Source of the DNA: Proteobacteria bacterium UBA5680
GTDB taxonomy: Bacteria > Pseudomonadota > Gammaproteobacteria > Arenicellales > UBA5680
Direction: 5' to 3'
DNA: 64,000 nucleotides
Assembly (NCBI GenBank): GCA_002420425.1
Contig: DIIC01000009.1
Span: 21,599-85,598 of the forward strand
The notes beneath the pieces were generated by a model. The model was not told the origin of the DNA. It did no database searches and was given only the letters and a program-made list of their open reading frames with translations. Of this stretch, positions 8,383-26,110 are shown in pieces (positions within the stretch are counted from its first letter, which is position 1; each line of letters begins with the position of its first letter). The position numbers and the translations under genes were made by a program.

Positions 8383-10754
8383 AATAACCCCTCTGTAACG
8401 ATAGCGGGACCACCACTTTTTGGCCCCCTTGGGTTTGAAGGTGTTGGTTCGGTTCCAGCCATAAAATATTCAGTAAAACCATCAGGATCATCTTCATCTA
8501 CAGGGGAGGCGCTATCCCGACCAATCCGAACAGAAACCACACTGTCAGGTTGTTCCAGCTCGGTCTCTGGAACCCCTTTCAGCGCCTCTTTCATGTAGTC
8601 AATCCAGACCGGAAGTGCAGCACGGGAACCGGCTTCACCCTTTCCCAGATCTTTAGGCTGGTCAAAGCCAATCCAGACAGTGGTTACCACACTGCTATTG
8701 AATCCGGAAAACCAGGCGTCTCTGAAATTGTTTGTAGTTCCAGTTTTGCCGGCCAGATCTTTCCTTCCCAGGGTGTTGGCTCGTTTTGCTGTTCCTGTAC
8801 GAATGACCTGCCGGAGCATGCTGGTGGTAATAAAAGCATTGGCAGGGCTGATTACCTGTTGTGCAGGGTGCCATGACTCCATTTCGCCCTGGGCAGGGAG
8901 ACAGTAGCTGCAAAGTTCACTGGGTCGGGGCTGGGAGACAATTCTACCTCGCTGGTCTTCGACTCGACTGACAAAGAAGGGGTTGACCCGATAGCCGCCA
9001 TTGGCAAATACACCATAACCCGATGCAATTTCCAGTGGAGTAGTGGAAGCTGTCCCCAGAGCCAAAGCGAGTCCTGTAGGCAGTGTGCTTCGGTCAAACC
9101 CAAAACGCTCGAGATGATCAAGGGCATGGGGGATACCTATTGCTCGCAGTAGCCGGACAGAGACCAAATTCAGGGAGAGTGAGAGAGCTTGCCGCAATCG
9201 AGTGGGGCCAAAAAATTTCCCGCTGTAATTCTCTGGTCGCCAGATGGTCTCTGTGCTCGGGTCATTGACGACAATCGGAGCCCCTGTAACCTGGCTGGCA
9301 GCGGTAAAGCCTTTCTCCAGTGATGCAGAGTAGATAAAGGGTTTTATGTTTGAGCCTGGCTGGCGTTTTGCCTGAGTGGCCCTGTTGTACTTCCCAAGGT
9401 GATAGTCCCACCCGCCAACAAGAGCAAGGATGGCCCCATTACCGGGGTTTACCGATACCAGGGCACCCGAAACCTTGGGGAGTTGTGAGAGTGCCCACTG
9501 TCCTGACTCATTTTGTCTGACATAGACCACATCACCTCGCTTGACAATATCAAAAGCCCTCTTTGGCTTAGCCCCTTTTCTGCGGGCAGTGATAAATTTC
9601 CTTGCCCAGGAGAGCTCCTTCCAGCCGATGGTCACGGGCTCCGCCTGGCCTAACTCTACGGTGAGAGTGCTGTCATCAAGCTGGGTGACCACTCCAGGAG
9701 TATGTCCATGGCTGCGGGGATGTCGTTTTATCAGCGATTTGATCTTCTCCTGGTCATGAAGAAAGTGTTGGCCCAGATGATCAATCGGGCCTCGAAAACC
9801 GTGTCGATAGGTATAAGCAAGCAACCCTTTTTGCAGCGCCTTATCGGCGGCCATCTGGTTCCCTGAAACGATTGTAGTGTAGACGGAGTAACCGTTTTCA
9901 TAAGCACTTCGGCCATAACGGTCAACCATTAGCTTACGAGCCATCTCAGCCACATAGGGCGCTTTAAGCTCTACTTTGGCAACGTGCAATCGCGCGGTAA
10001 TTGCGGCCTGGGTTGCTGCATCGTAAGTCTCTTTGTCGATTGAGCCGAGCTTCAACATCCGGGTCAAAACATGGTTTCGACGCTGGGTAGCCCCCTTCGG
10101 GTTTGAGAGTGGGTTGTTTCGTGAGGGGGCCTGAGGCAACCCGGCAAGCATCGCAATTTGAGGCAGGGAGAGGTTCTGCAGCGGCTGGTTGTAGTAGATT
10201 CGGGCCGCAGAGGCAAAACCATAACTGCGATGGCCAAGGAAAATTTTATTGAGATAGAGTTCCAGAATTTGGTTTTTATCAAGCGCGCTCTCAATCCTGA
10301 AAGCGAGTAAGGCCTGTTTTATCTTCCGAGGCCAGGTTTTTTCTCGACCGAGGAAGTAGTTTTGTGCCACCTGCATGGTGATGGTGCTCGCACCCTGGCC
10401 ACGCTCGCCGCTTCGGATATTGGTTATCATGGCGCGCAGAACCCCTACAAAATCGACCCCTGGATGGCTATAAAAAGCATCATCCTCCACAGCGAGTATG
10501 GCCTTAACCAGGGTTTCAGGGACTTCATCAATCGAGACCGGGATTCTGCGCTCATCGCCAAATTCAGCAATCATCTTCCCGTCAGCTGTGTACACCCTAA
10601 GAGGGACTTTGAGATGAATATCCTGGATTGATTCAATTGAGGGCAGGTCTGGAATCAGAACCATAAGTCCAATCCCAAGGGTAATTGCCCCAAGAATGCC
10701 TGTAGCGGCAAAAAAAGCCAGGATGCGTACCAGAGTTGATGAAGAGCGTCTCAT
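8379..10754 (-). CDS. mrcA: Penicillin-binding protein 1A
   Basis: N-terminal TM, EDDAFYSHPG, GASTITMQ transglycosylase motifs, RQPGSNIKP (SxxK), SLN, GKTGT. Confidence 0.97.
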   Translation of the reverse strand: MRRSSSTLVRILAFFAATGILGAITLGIGLMVLIPDLPSIESIQDIHLKVPLRVYTADGKMIAEFGDERRIPVSIDEVPETLVKAILAVEDDAFYSHPGVDFVGVLRAMITNIRSGERGQGASTITMQVAQNYFLGREKTWPRKIKQALLAFRIESALDKNQILELYLNKIFLGHRSYGFASAARIYYNQPLQNLSLPQIAMLAGLPQAPSRNNPLSNPKGATQRRNHVLTRMLKLGSIDKETYDAATQAAITARLHVAKVELKAPYVAEMARKLMVDRYGRSAYENGYSVYTTIVSGNQMAADKALQKGLLAYTYRHGFRGPIDHLGQHFLHDQEKIKSLIKRHPRSHGHTPGVVTQLDDSTLTVELGQAEPVTIGWKELSWARKFITARRKGAKPKRAFDIVKRGDVVYVRQNESGQWALSQLPKVSGALVSVNPGNGAILALVGGWDYHLGKYNRATQAKRQPGSNIKPFIYSASLEKGFTAASQVTGAPIVVNDPSTETIWRPENYSGKFFGPTRLRQALSLSLNLVSVRLLRAIGIPHALDHLERFGFDRSTLPTGLALALGTASTTPLEIASGYGVFANGGYRVNPFFVSRVEDQRGRIVSQPRPSELCSYCLPAQGEMESWHPAQQVISPANAFITTSMLRQVIRTGTAKRANTLGRKDLAGKTGTTNNFRDAWFSGFNSSVVTTVWIGFDQPKDLGKGEAGSRAALPVWIDYMKEALKGVPETELEQPDSVVSVRIGRDSASPVDEDDPDGFTEYFMAGTEPTPSNPRGPKSGGPAIVTEGLF

Positions 10755-10890
10755 GTTGTGCTGTATTTTAGTCTTGTTAGGGAGGATTATTAAGGGGGAG
10801 ATGCCTTTAGCGTTGCAACTCAGTCAATTTTCTGATCTCCTTGCCTGACGGCAGCCAGTTGATGGCCGCTGAGTAACTGATACCAGTAAT

Positions 10891-11403
10891 ATGCCACGAA
10901 ATGTCTTTCTGATTGGACCAATGGGTGTGGGTAAAACCACTGTTGGCAAGCTGCTTGCAAAACAGCTTGGAAAAACCTTTATGGATGCGGATGCTGAACT
11001 AGAGGAGCGTACCGGAGTAACGATCAGTACCATTTTTGATATAGAAGGTGAAGAGGGTTTTCGACGCCGGGAAGCAGGGATGCTCCAGGAGCTGTCAGAA
11101 CGAGATAATATCGTTCTTGCGACCGGTGGTGGTGCGATCCTGGATCAGGAGAACAGACGGGTCCTGCGAAAAAACGGAACGGTTGTCTATCTTGAAGCTG
11201 ATATGGAACTTCTCCTGGAGCGTACGCGAAACAGCCGTAATCGACCGCTGCTTGAAACTGAAGACCGTGAAGCCATCCTCGGGCGTCTGATGGAAGAGAG
11301 GGATCCGCTCTATCGGGCTGAGGCAGACGTGATCGTCCGTACCGGTCGCCGAGCAGCAAGCTCGGTAGCGAAGGATATTCTCGGTAAGCTTGACCAGAAA
11401 TGA
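10891..11403 (+). CDS. aroK: Shikimate kinase
   Basis: [10 protein letters not shown]-loop, GEEGFR.RE, ATGGG, RPLL. Confidence 0.97.
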   Translation: MPRNVFLIGPMGVGKTTVGKLLAKQLGKTFMDADAELEERTGVTISTIFDIEGEEGFRRREAGMLQELSERDNIVLATGGGAILDQENRRVLRKNGTVVYLEADMELLLERTRNSRNRPLLETEDREAILGRLMEERDPLYRAEADVIVRTGRRAASSVAKDILGKLDQK

Positions 11404-12494
11404 GTGATGGGATCTATATTGTTGATGTCGACCTTGGAGAGCGTTGCTATCCGATAATTATCGGCCCTGGGGTAATGAAAGAGCCCTCCAACCTGCTCCC
11501 TTATTGTTCTGAGGATCAGGTGATGATAGTCACCAATGAGACGGTTGCACCCCTCTATCTTGATCAGTTAAAGCAGACTCTTCAGGGGGTTGAGGTTCAT
11601 GTCACCCTATTGCCAGACGGTGAAGAGCATAAATCTCTGCAAACAGCGGAAACCATCTTTGACCACCTGCTTGAGGTGCCTTGTGATCGGACAACCACCC
11701 TGATTGCACTTGGGGGAGGTGTAGTGGGTGATATAGCAGGTTTTGTGGCGGGATGTTACCAACGAGGCATTGATTTTATTCAGATTCCAACAACCCTGTT
11801 ATCCCAGGTCGATTCTTCAGTCGGCGGAAAGACAGGGGTAAACCATTCGATGGGCAAGAACATGATCGGGCTCTTCCATCAGCCAAAATGTGTCATTGCT
11901 GATACCGAAGTTCTATCCACGCTTCCCGCCAGAGAGCTTTCGGCAGGATTGGCCGAGGTCATAAAATATGGATTGATCAGTGATTCGGCTTTTTTTTCAT
12001 GGCTGGAGGCCCACATTGAGGGTGTTCTCAATCTTGAGAGTGATCTTGTCACTTACGCCATTGAGAGATCCTGTCGTACCAAGGGGGAGGTTGTTGCTGC
12101 TGATGAGAGAGAGGGCGGACAACGAGCCCTGCTCAACTTGGGACATACTTTTGGCCATGCTATTGAGGCTGCAGAGGGCTATGGCGTCCATCTGCACGGA
12201 GAGGCCGTGGCCATGGGGACCATGTTGGCGGCAGATCTCTCTTTTCGGCTCGGCTGGCTGGAGAGTGAGGAGGTGGCAAGAATTGCCAATCTCTATCAAC
12301 GCGCAGGTCTGCCCGTTATCCCACCTCAAGAGTTGACGGCAGAGGATTATCTGCGCCTAATGGCTGTCGACAAAAAGGTGAAAAAAGGAGTTATCAGGCT
12401 GATTTTATTGAAGAAAATAGGTGAAGCTGAAATAGTTAGTGATTACACCACCGCACAGCTGAAAGCGACATTAGACTCTTTTTCCAAAACCTGA
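11400..12494 (+). CDS. aroB: 3-dehydroquinate synthase
   Basis: [42 protein letters not shown]. Confidence 0.98.
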   Translation: MSDGIYIVDVDLGERCYPIIIGPGVMKEPSNLLPYCSEDQVMIVTNETVAPLYLDQLKQTLQGVEVHVTLLPDGEEHKSLQTAETIFDHLLEVPCDRTTTLIALGGGVVGDIAGFVAGCYQRGIDFIQIPTTLLSQVDSSVGGKTGVNHSMGKNMIGLFHQPKCVIADTEVLSTLPARELSAGLAEVIKYGLISDSAFFSWLEAHIEGVLNLESDLVTYAIERSCRTKGEVVAADEREGGQRALLNLGHTFGHAIEAAEGYGVHLHGEAVAMGTMLAADLSFRLGWLESEEVARIANLYQRAGLPVIPPQELTAEDYLRLMAVDKKVKKGVIRLILLKKIGEAEIVSDYTTAQLKATLDSFSKT

Positions 12495-12597
12495 CGCTCA
12501 TCCTGCCATCGATTATTGGCGAGGATTTTGCTGAGAGCCCCATCAGCCGATATAATCTTCGACCTTTTTGCACCTAGGGGTATGTTTGCCCATTTCG

Positions 12598-19209
<6,612 letters not shown>

Positions 19210-19213
<4 letters not shown>

Positions 19214-19755
19214 TCCGGCTCCAGATCAGGAAAAGAGACGCCTGTTCCGCCAAGGCCGCAGTAGCCACCCGGGTTCTTCTCCAGATAGTGCTGGTGATAG
19301 CTCTCGGCAGTAAAGAAGCCATCAAGTGGTGCGATTTCAGTAGTAATGGCACCAAACCCCGCTGCAGTTAAGGCGAGTTGGTAGAGGTCCCTGGTCTTTA
19401 CGGCACAACTTTGCTGCCATTTTGATTGATAGAAGACCACACTCCGATAGTTGCTTCCAATGTCATTACCCTGGCGATCCCCCTGGGTTGGGTTGTGAGC
19501 TACCCAGAAATGTTTTAAAACGGACTCAACAGAGATCTCTTCAGGCTCAAAGGCAACCCTGACTACTTCGGCATGATTATTATCACCGTGACGCTGGTTT
19601 TGGATATCCCGTTCGAAAGCGAGGACTTTTTCATAGGTGGGGTGATCATAATGGCCGCCAGAGTAGCCGACTTCGACCTTCTTGACTCCTGCGATAGAAG
19701 CCATTCTCTTCTCAGCACCCCAGAAGCATCCCATCCCAAGGACAATGTTTTCCAC
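19210..19755 (-). CDS. msrA: Methionine-S-sulfoxide reductase MsrA
   Basis: GCFWG, HAEVV, HNPTQG.RQGND.G..YRS, AESYHQHYL..NPGGYC; GTG start after GGAGG; stop overlaps msrB start. Confidence 0.95.
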
Positions 19756-19868
19756 TACAACTCTCCTCCCCTTAAGCAAGGTCTGGGTTTTGATCAAGGT
19801 CAGATTATGAACCTATCGCTGGCCCGACAGAACCTTTCCTTATGCTAATATCACTGTTTTCCACGAGC

Positions 19869-20585
19869 ATGCAAATAACCTTGAACCACTCAATCCCCGA
19901 CGACCAAAGACTGATTGTTGCCCTTGATCTTCCCTCTGTAGAAGAGGCCAGGGCACTGGTTGAAAACCTTGGGGAGAGCTGTCAATTCTATAAAATAGGA
20001 TTGGAGTTATTCATGGCGGGTGGTTATTTTGAATTTATTGATTGGTTGAAGGCTCGAGAGAAGAGGGTATTTGTCGACCTTAAGTTTTTTGATGTACCTG
20101 AGACGGTAGCGAGGGCGATTCGACGTCTCAATGGCCGGGGGATCACCTTTGCTACGGTACATGGAAATGATGCAATGATGCGTGCTGCGGGCAGTGCCAG
20201 TGATGATCTTGGAGTGCTGGCGGTTACTGTCTTGACCAGTATTGACAGGGGAGACCTGGATGACCTGGGATTTAATTGTGATGTTGAGCAGTTGGTCATT
20301 TCGCGTGCTCGCCGAGCAGTTGAGAATGGTTGTGTGGGAGTTGTTGCTTCAGGCCTGGAGGCAGAACAACTGCGTAGTGCGTTAGGCCGCAAGGTGATCA
20401 TTGTAACCCCCGGAATTCGTCCAGTTGAAAACAGGGATGACCAGAAACGAGTTGTCACTGTGGAAAAGGCATTTACCAGTGGGGCCGATTATATTGTGGT
20501 GGGGAGACCCATCAGGGATGCGGATCAGCCGGCTGTGATGGCTGCCGGGATTCAGGAACAAATTGCAAATGCAGTCGAACGATGA
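19869..20585 (+). CDS. pyrF: Orotidine-5'-phosphate decarboxylase
   Basis: LIVALD, DLKFFDVPETV, VTVLTS, TPGIR, DDQKR, VVGRPI. Confidence 0.96.
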   Translation: MQITLNHSIPDDQRLIVALDLPSVEEARALVENLGESCQFYKIGLELFMAGGYFEFIDWLKAREKRVFVDLKFFDVPETVARAIRRLNGRGITFATVHGNDAMMRAAGSASDDLGVLAVTVLTSIDRGDLDDLGFNCDVEQLVISRARRAVENGCVGVVASGLEAEQLRSALGRKVIIVTPGIRPVENRDDQKRVVTVEKAFTSGADYIVVGRPIRDADQPAVMAAGIQEQIANAVER

Positions 20586-20598
20586 AAACAGGGGATGA

Positions 20599-21714
20599 AT
20601 GGGTACGCTTGATAACGATCTTTTTTTAAGAGCGCTGTTGCGCCTGCCGACGGAAAGAACGCCGGTGTGGATCATGCGACAGGCCGGACGCTACCTCAGG
20701 GAGTACAAAGCAACACGAACCAGAGCGGGTGACTTTATGTCCCTGTGCAAGACACCAGAGCTTGCGTGTGAAGTAACATTACAACCCCTTGATCGGTTTA
20801 ATCTTGATGCTGCAATTCTCTTCTCTGACATTCTGACTGTCCCCGATGCCATGGGAATGGAATTGCGCTTCACTGAAGGTGAGGGACCGCTTTTTGATAA
20901 ACCCGTAAGGTGCAGGGCTGATATTGAAGCGCTCAATATACCCGATCCGGAGGATGAGCTTGGATACGTTATGGATGCTGTTCGTACCATACGTACGGCA
21001 TTGGATGGCAGGGTGCCCCTGATTGGTTTTTCCGGGAGTCCCTGGACACTGGCGACCTATGCGGTCGAGGGGGGATCAACACGGGATTTCAACCGGATAA
21101 AATCGATGATTTTCGATTGTCCTGATGATGCCCATCGTCTGTTGAGTCTCCTGGCAGACGTTGTGGTTGACTATCTCAATGGTCAGGTTGCTGCAGGTGC
21201 TCAGGCACTGATGGTATTTGACACCTGGGGTGGCGTTCTCTCTCCACGCGACTACAGTGAGTTTTCATTGAGTTATATGAATAAAATCGTCGCTAATGTC
21301 ACTCGGGAAGCAGAGGGTCGCAGAGTGCCCATTATTCTATTCACCAAAAATGGGGGGCAATGGCTGGAGGCGATGGCGGATAGTGGTTGTGATGCGTTGG
21401 GAATTGACTGGACTACCAGCCTCTCTGAAGCACGTCGTCGGGTTGGAGATCGGGTTGCACTCCAGGGAAACATGGATCCAGCTATTCTGCTCTCCTCGCC
21501 GGATCGTGTCCGACAGGAGGTTAAAGCGGTGCTTGAGAGTTATGGCTCTGGGCCTGGCCATGTCTTTAATCTTGGGCATGGCATTCACCAGTCCGCTGAC
21601 CCGGAAAATGTCGCTGTACTTGTTGATGCGGTCAGGGAATTCAGCGAGAGCGCTGCTCGGGCAACCTCCCGGGGATTGACAGCACCCGGGCCCCTCGTCG
21701 ACGCTGTCCGATAG
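20599..21714 (+). CDS. hemE: Uroporphyrinogen decarboxylase
   Basis: [39 protein letters not shown]. Confidence 0.97.
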   Translation: MGTLDNDLFLRALLRLPTERTPVWIMRQAGRYLREYKATRTRAGDFMSLCKTPELACEVTLQPLDRFNLDAAILFSDILTVPDAMGMELRFTEGEGPLFDKPVRCRADIEALNIPDPEDELGYVMDAVRTIRTALDGRVPLIGFSGSPWTLATYAVEGGSTRDFNRIKSMIFDCPDDAHRLLSLLADVVVDYLNGQVAAGAQALMVFDTWGGVLSPRDYSEFSLSYMNKIVANVTREAEGRRVPIILFTKNGGQWLEAMADSGCDALGIDWTTSLSEARRRVGDRVALQGNMDPAILLSSPDRVRQEVKAVLESYGSGPGHVFNLGHGIHQSADPENVAVLVDAVREFSESAARATSRGLTAPGPLVDAVR

Positions 21715-21844
21715 GTTGCCCCTCTCTTTTTATGGTATTTATAATATTCCCAGTCAGGGCTACCATATCTGCCATTGATTCGGGTTGAGCCTGATCATGA
21801 ACCAAAAGAACGTGCCCCGGAGGGGCGAATAGAGGAGAGAAAAG

Positions 21845-23683
21845 ATGGAGAGCGCGGAGGAGGGAAGGCCCATCTTTGCCCCACCCAATATACGAGCTAC
21901 TTTTGCAGATGACGGCTCGATCATTATCGACTCGGCCCAACCGCTGGGAGATTATGAGACCCATCTGGGCGAAATGCTCAGATATTGGGCGACAAAAAAA
22001 CCGGGCCATCTTTTTCTCGCTGAACGAAACCAGGATGACGAATGGCGTCGAATCTCCTACGCTGAGGCGGCCCTGTCCGCTGATGCCCTCTCCCAGTCTT
22101 TGATTGACAGAGGGCTCTCTGCCCAAAGACCCGTGATGGTACTTTCAGGAAACAGCATAGACCATGCTCTGTTGGCATTGGGGTCAATGCAGATTGGGAT
22201 TCCTGTTGTACCACTCTCACCTGCCTACTCATTGATGAGCCAGGATTTTAATAAATTATCCGCACTATTTGAGCTGGTAACACCCGGTCTTATCTATGTT
22301 GCCGATCAAGGGGTGTTTTCAAAGGCACTGGATCAGCTCCCTCTTGAGGGTATCGAGCTCGTCACCAGTGGGCCCATATCCGGTGGAGGAGCAACCCATT
22401 TTAACCACCTTGTCAAGACCGTATCGACTGATGAGGTAGAGCGGGCGTTTGCATCCGTTACTGCTGATTCGATTGCCAAGATTTTGTTTACTTCTGGATC
22501 CACGGGGATGCCAAAAGGGGTGATCAATACTCATGGAATGCTCTGTTCAAACCAGAAAAGCCTCTCTCTGACCTGGCCCTTTTTAGAGCATCAACCCCCT
22601 GTCCTGGTTGACTGGCTTCCCTGGAATCATACGTTTGGTGGAAATCACAATTTCAATATGATTTTACGAAATGGCGGAACACTCTATATTGATGATGGCA
22701 AGCCTGCTCCAGGCCTGATTGACAAGAGCATTAAAAACCTCAAAGAGATCGCTCCCACCCTCTATTTTAATGTCCCCGCGGGTTACAACATGATGTTGCC
22801 CCACCTTGAGCAGGATGTTCAGTTGCGGGATCGTTTCTTTGAGCAGCTGCAGCTGATCTTTTATGCCGCCGCCGCACTGCCACAGGATTTGTGGGACCGC
22901 CTTCAGGCTGTCAGCATCAAATCCAGGGGGAGAACAACAGTGCTAACCTCGGCCTGGGGATCTACAGAGACGGCACCGCTTGCCACTTCGGCCCACTTTC
23001 CCCTTGACCATGCCGGCAATATTGGTGTTCCGGTGCCGGGGGTGTCGCTCAAGATGGTTCCGGTAGAGTCAAAGATGGAATTAAGGGTAAAGGGGCCAAA
23101 TATAACCCCAGGTTACTACCGTCGTCCCGATCTGACTGATGCCATGTTTGATAGTGAGGGCTACTACCTGATTGGAGATGCCGGGAAGTTGATCAACCCG
23201 GATAACCCCGGTGATGGAATTGAGTTTGATGGCAGGGTTGCAGAAAACTTTAAACTCTCAACCGGTACCTGGGTGACCGTTGGTGCGCTTAGAACTACAG
23301 TGATTGCCGCTGCTTCACCGATTATCCAGGATGCGGTTGTCGTCGGCAGCAATCGTGACTATCTGGGCCTGATGGTTTGGCTCAATGTCGCCGCCTGTCG
23401 CCAGTTCGTCGGCAATACCGATCTGGGTGAAACAGAGCTGTTTGGTGAGGAGAGTGTTAGAGACCGCGTCATTGAGGGCTTACGCGCACACAACCGCAAG
23501 AGTGGCTCGAGTATGAGAATCAAACGGGTACTCTTGCTCACTGAGCCGCCATCCATTGATGCCAATGAGATTACCGATAAGGGGTACATCAACCAGCAGG
23601 CCGTTCTTGAAAGACGATCGGAGATTGTGGACAAGGTCTACTCAGAACCTCCTGAGAAAGAACTTCTCCTTATTGATGAGTAA
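21845..23683 (+). CDS. fcs: Feruloyl-CoA synthetase-like acyl-CoA ligase
   Basis: LFTSGSTGMPKG AMP-binding motif, DWLPWNHTFGGNHN, LYIDDGKP, FDGR.AENFKL.TGTWV, EITDKG.INQ - all typical of the Fcs family. Confidence 0.88.
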   Translation: MESAEEGRPIFAPPNIRATFADDGSIIIDSAQPLGDYETHLGEMLRYWATKKPGHLFLAERNQDDEWRRISYAEAALSADALSQSLIDRGLSAQRPVMVLSGNSIDHALLALGSMQIGIPVVPLSPAYSLMSQDFNKLSALFELVTPGLIYVADQGVFSKALDQLPLEGIELVTSGPISGGGATHFNHLVKTVSTDEVERAFASVTADSIAKILFTSGSTGMPKGVINTHGMLCSNQKSLSLTWPFLEHQPPVLVDWLPWNHTFGGNHNFNMILRNGGTLYIDDGKPAPGLIDKSIKNLKEIAPTLYFNVPAGYNMMLPHLEQDVQLRDRFFEQLQLIFYAAAALPQDLWDRLQAVSIKSRGRTTVLTSAWGSTETAPLATSAHFPLDHAGNIGVPVPGVSLKMVPVESKMELRVKGPNITPGYYRRPDLTDAMFDSEGYYLIGDAGKLINPDNPGDGIEFDGRVAENFKLSTGTWVTVGALRTTVIAAASPIIQDAVVVGSNRDYLGLMVWLNVAACRQFVGNTDLGETELFGEESVRDRVIEGLRAHNRKSGSSMRIKRVLLLTEPPSIDANEITDKGYINQQAVLERRSEIVDKVYSEPPEKELLLIDE

Positions 23684-23773
23684 CCTTCGTCTGCGGTGAG
23701 GCGGACAACCGCCGGGAATCGGTGCTTTGGGCCCCTTTTCAGCTGAGAGTCCCGCTCTCGATAGCTCCACGTC

Positions 23774-24247
23774 TTAATCCAGCGGGAGGGCGGTGGTGTA
23801 TTTTTTTGGACGCAGGACAAATGAAGTATTCACAGTGCGAATAGCGGGAAGCAGCAGCAGCCGGGTTGAGAGAAAGCGTTCAAATGCCGTCATGTCAACG
23901 GCGACAATCTTAAGCATGTAGTCGTAATTACCGCTGGTCATGTAACACTCCATCACTTCGGGCCACTGCTCAATCGCCTTATCAAAGGCAGCCACTGTTG
24001 CTTGATGGTGGTTTTCAAGTGAGACATGGGCAAAGCCGGTTGCACTGAACCCCAGCTTCTCTCTATCCAGTAGGGCGGTGTACTGTTGGATGTAGCCCTC
24101 TTCCTCAAGCCCCTTAAGTCTGCGCCAGCAGGGTGAGGGGGAGAGTCCAATTTGCTCAGCCAGCTCGCGGTTAGAGAGGCGACCGTTTTCCTGAAGGAGG
24201 CGAAGGATTCGACGTTCGAGACGGTCTAGAGGATTGATCACGATCAA
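23774..24247 (-). CDS. Lrp/AsnC family transcriptional regulator
   Basis: LD....RIL..LQ..GR.SN.ELA..IGLSPSPC.RRL HTH; EV.ECY..SG.YDY ligand-binding domain. Confidence 0.93.
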   Translation of the reverse strand: MIVINPLDRLERRILRLLQENGRLSNRELAEQIGLSPSPCWRRLKGLEEEGYIQQYTALLDREKLGFSATGFAHVSLENHHQATVAAFDKAIEQWPEVMECYMTSGNYDYMLKIVAVDMTAFERFLSTRLLLLPAIRTVNTSFVLRPKKYTTALPLD

Positions 24248-24468
24248 TATCCTGAAATAGATGCAATAAAAATATAATACTAAAAAATACAGAAATAATG
24301 AAATAAAATGCCTTAATTAAGTCAATTAACAATAAATTAAGAAATTATGTGCCCGAGTAAAGAGAGTTTAATTAACTGAAAAAGATCAGGTTCTGTTTCG
24401 GCCTCTACTATTTATTGATGTGGTTTTGCATCTAAGCCACTCAAGATTAAACCTCTGGGAAGTGAGTT
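24248..24468. promoter_or_regulatory. AT-rich divergent promoter region (Lrp regulator / MIO enzyme operon)
   Basis: Markedly AT-rich 220 bp between divergent genes, with several A-tracts. Confidence 0.6.
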
Positions 24469-26100
24469 ATGGCAGTCAATGGCACACTGGAGCTGAATGG
24501 AGAAGAGCTCTCAATCGAAGACCTAATTATTGCGGGTCGTAATCCTCAAATCGCCATCTCTATAAGAGAGAGCAACTGGAAGAAAATTGGCGATTGCCGG
24601 GCACTGGTAGAGAAGTGGGCCAGGGAGGAGCAGGTCATCTATGGCGTAAATACAAGCTGTGGGGGTTTTGTTAACTATCTTCTTCCCCGGGAGAAAGACC
24701 GTGAGTTTCAACAAAATCTGATCCGTAGTGTAACGACAAATGTGGGGAGTTACCTCCCTGATCAGATTGTCAGAATCACCATGATCACCCGGGTTAACTC
24801 CCTGTGCCGGGGATATTCTGGGATCAAGCCGGAAAATTTGTCGATCTACCTCGAGATGATCAACAAGGGGGTGCTCCCTCTCATCCCTGAACAGGGATCG
24901 CTTGGCTCCAGTGGTGATTTGGGGCCGCTCGGCTGTATTGCTTGTGTCGCTATTGGTGATTGGAAAGCCCGTTTCCAGGGAGAGGTGATGGCTGGAGCAG
25001 AGGCGATGAAGGCCGCGGGAATACCGTTAATGAAGCTGAACGCCAAAGAGGGGCTGTCGATGATTAACGGCACCTCATGCATGGCTGGGCTTGCCAGTGA
25101 GAATGTGTTTGATGCCATGCTCACCATAAAACAGGCTGATGCCATTGCAGCCCTCTCTATCGAAACGCTTCTTGGGCGGAGTAACCCCTTTGATCTTCGG
25201 GTTCATCGACAGAAGTACCACCCTGGACAGTATGCAACAGCCTATAATTTGAGCAAACTCCTGCGGGGGAGCGAGATGGTCCTTGATGAGCAGGAGGTCT
25301 CTCTTGATCTTCAGGGGCTGCTGAAAAAAAACATGGGAGTACAGGCTGCAGATATCCCTGTTGAGGATGCCTACTCTCTTCGTTGCACCCCTCAGTTGGC
25401 AGGGCCGTGCAGAGACGGCGTCAATTTTGCCCGTGAAACAGTGATTCGTGAGCTCAACAGCAGTAATGACAACCCTCTGATCTTCACTGAATTTGATACC
25501 TTTATCCATAATGGTCACTTCCAGGGTCAATCCCTCTCCCTTGCAATGGATACAGTGGCCACTGTGATGACGACGATGAGTGTGATCAGTGACCGCCGGA
25601 TTGACCGCTTTATGGACAGTAGCAATAGTGTGGGGCTTCCACCCTTTCTCTGCGCTGAAGATACTGGCTTACGGATGGGGCTTATGCCGGGCCAGTTCAT
25701 GACTTCAAGTGTTGTGGCCGAGAACAGAACGCTCTGTATTCCCGCTTCGGTTCAATCCATACCCTCTACAGCCGATTTTCAGGATGTGGTGAGCTTTGGG
25801 TTAATAGCCGGGCGCAAGGCCAGGAAGGTCATTCAAAATACCAACTACGTGCTCTCCTTTGAGTTGCTTTGTGGCGCGCAGGCAGCTGATATCAGAGGGG
25901 TGGATCGATTGGGGCCCGCCTCCAGAGCGCTCTATGAGGCGACCCGGGAGACCATTCCTTATCTTGATTATGATACGGTTATTATCGATTATCTTGAAGC
26001 GCTGACAAGCCGGCTACGCTCTGGTGATTTCCTGCAACGTGTTGAAGAGGTGGTCGGCCCATTGATGGATATTGACAGCTCAGGTGGGAGAGAAGAGTAG
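24469..26100 (+). CDS. MIO-dependent aromatic amino acid aminomutase/ammonia-lyase, AdmH/EncP-like (probable phenylalanine 2,3-aminomutase)
   Basis: VIYGVNTSCGGFVNY, NLIRSVTTNVG, GSLGSSGDLGPL, KEGL..INGT, EDAYSLRC.PQ, ELNSSNDNPL, HNGHF, RRIDRFMD.SNS.GLPPFLC, DFQD.VSFGL match the AdmH sequence as recalled. Confidence 0.85.
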   Translation: MAVNGTLELNGEELSIEDLIIAGRNPQIAISIRESNWKKIGDCRALVEKWAREEQVIYGVNTSCGGFVNYLLPREKDREFQQNLIRSVTTNVGSYLPDQIVRITMITRVNSLCRGYSGIKPENLSIYLEMINKGVLPLIPEQGSLGSSGDLGPLGCIACVAIGDWKARFQGEVMAGAEAMKAAGIPLMKLNAKEGLSMINGTSCMAGLASENVFDAMLTIKQADAIAALSIETLLGRSNPFDLRVHRQKYHPGQYATAYNLSKLLRGSEMVLDEQEVSLDLQGLLKKNMGVQAADIPVEDAYSLRCTPQLAGPCRDGVNFARETVIRELNSSNDNPLIFTEFDTFIHNGHFQGQSLSLAMDTVATVMTTMSVISDRRIDRFMDSSNSVGLPPFLCAEDTGLRMGLMPGQFMTSSVVAENRTLCIPASVQSIPSTADFQDVVSFGLIAGRKARKVIQNTNYVLSFELLCGAQAADIRGVDRLGPASRALYEATRETIPYLDYDTVIIDYLEALTSRLRSGDFLQRVEEVVGPLMDIDSSGGREE

Positions 26101-26110
26101 GACAGGATTG

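Noticed and set aside
24469-26100. Histidine ammonia-lyase hutH
   Set aside because: No hutU/I/G neighbours; lacks the His-binding SH motif; motifs match the AdmH/EncP clade
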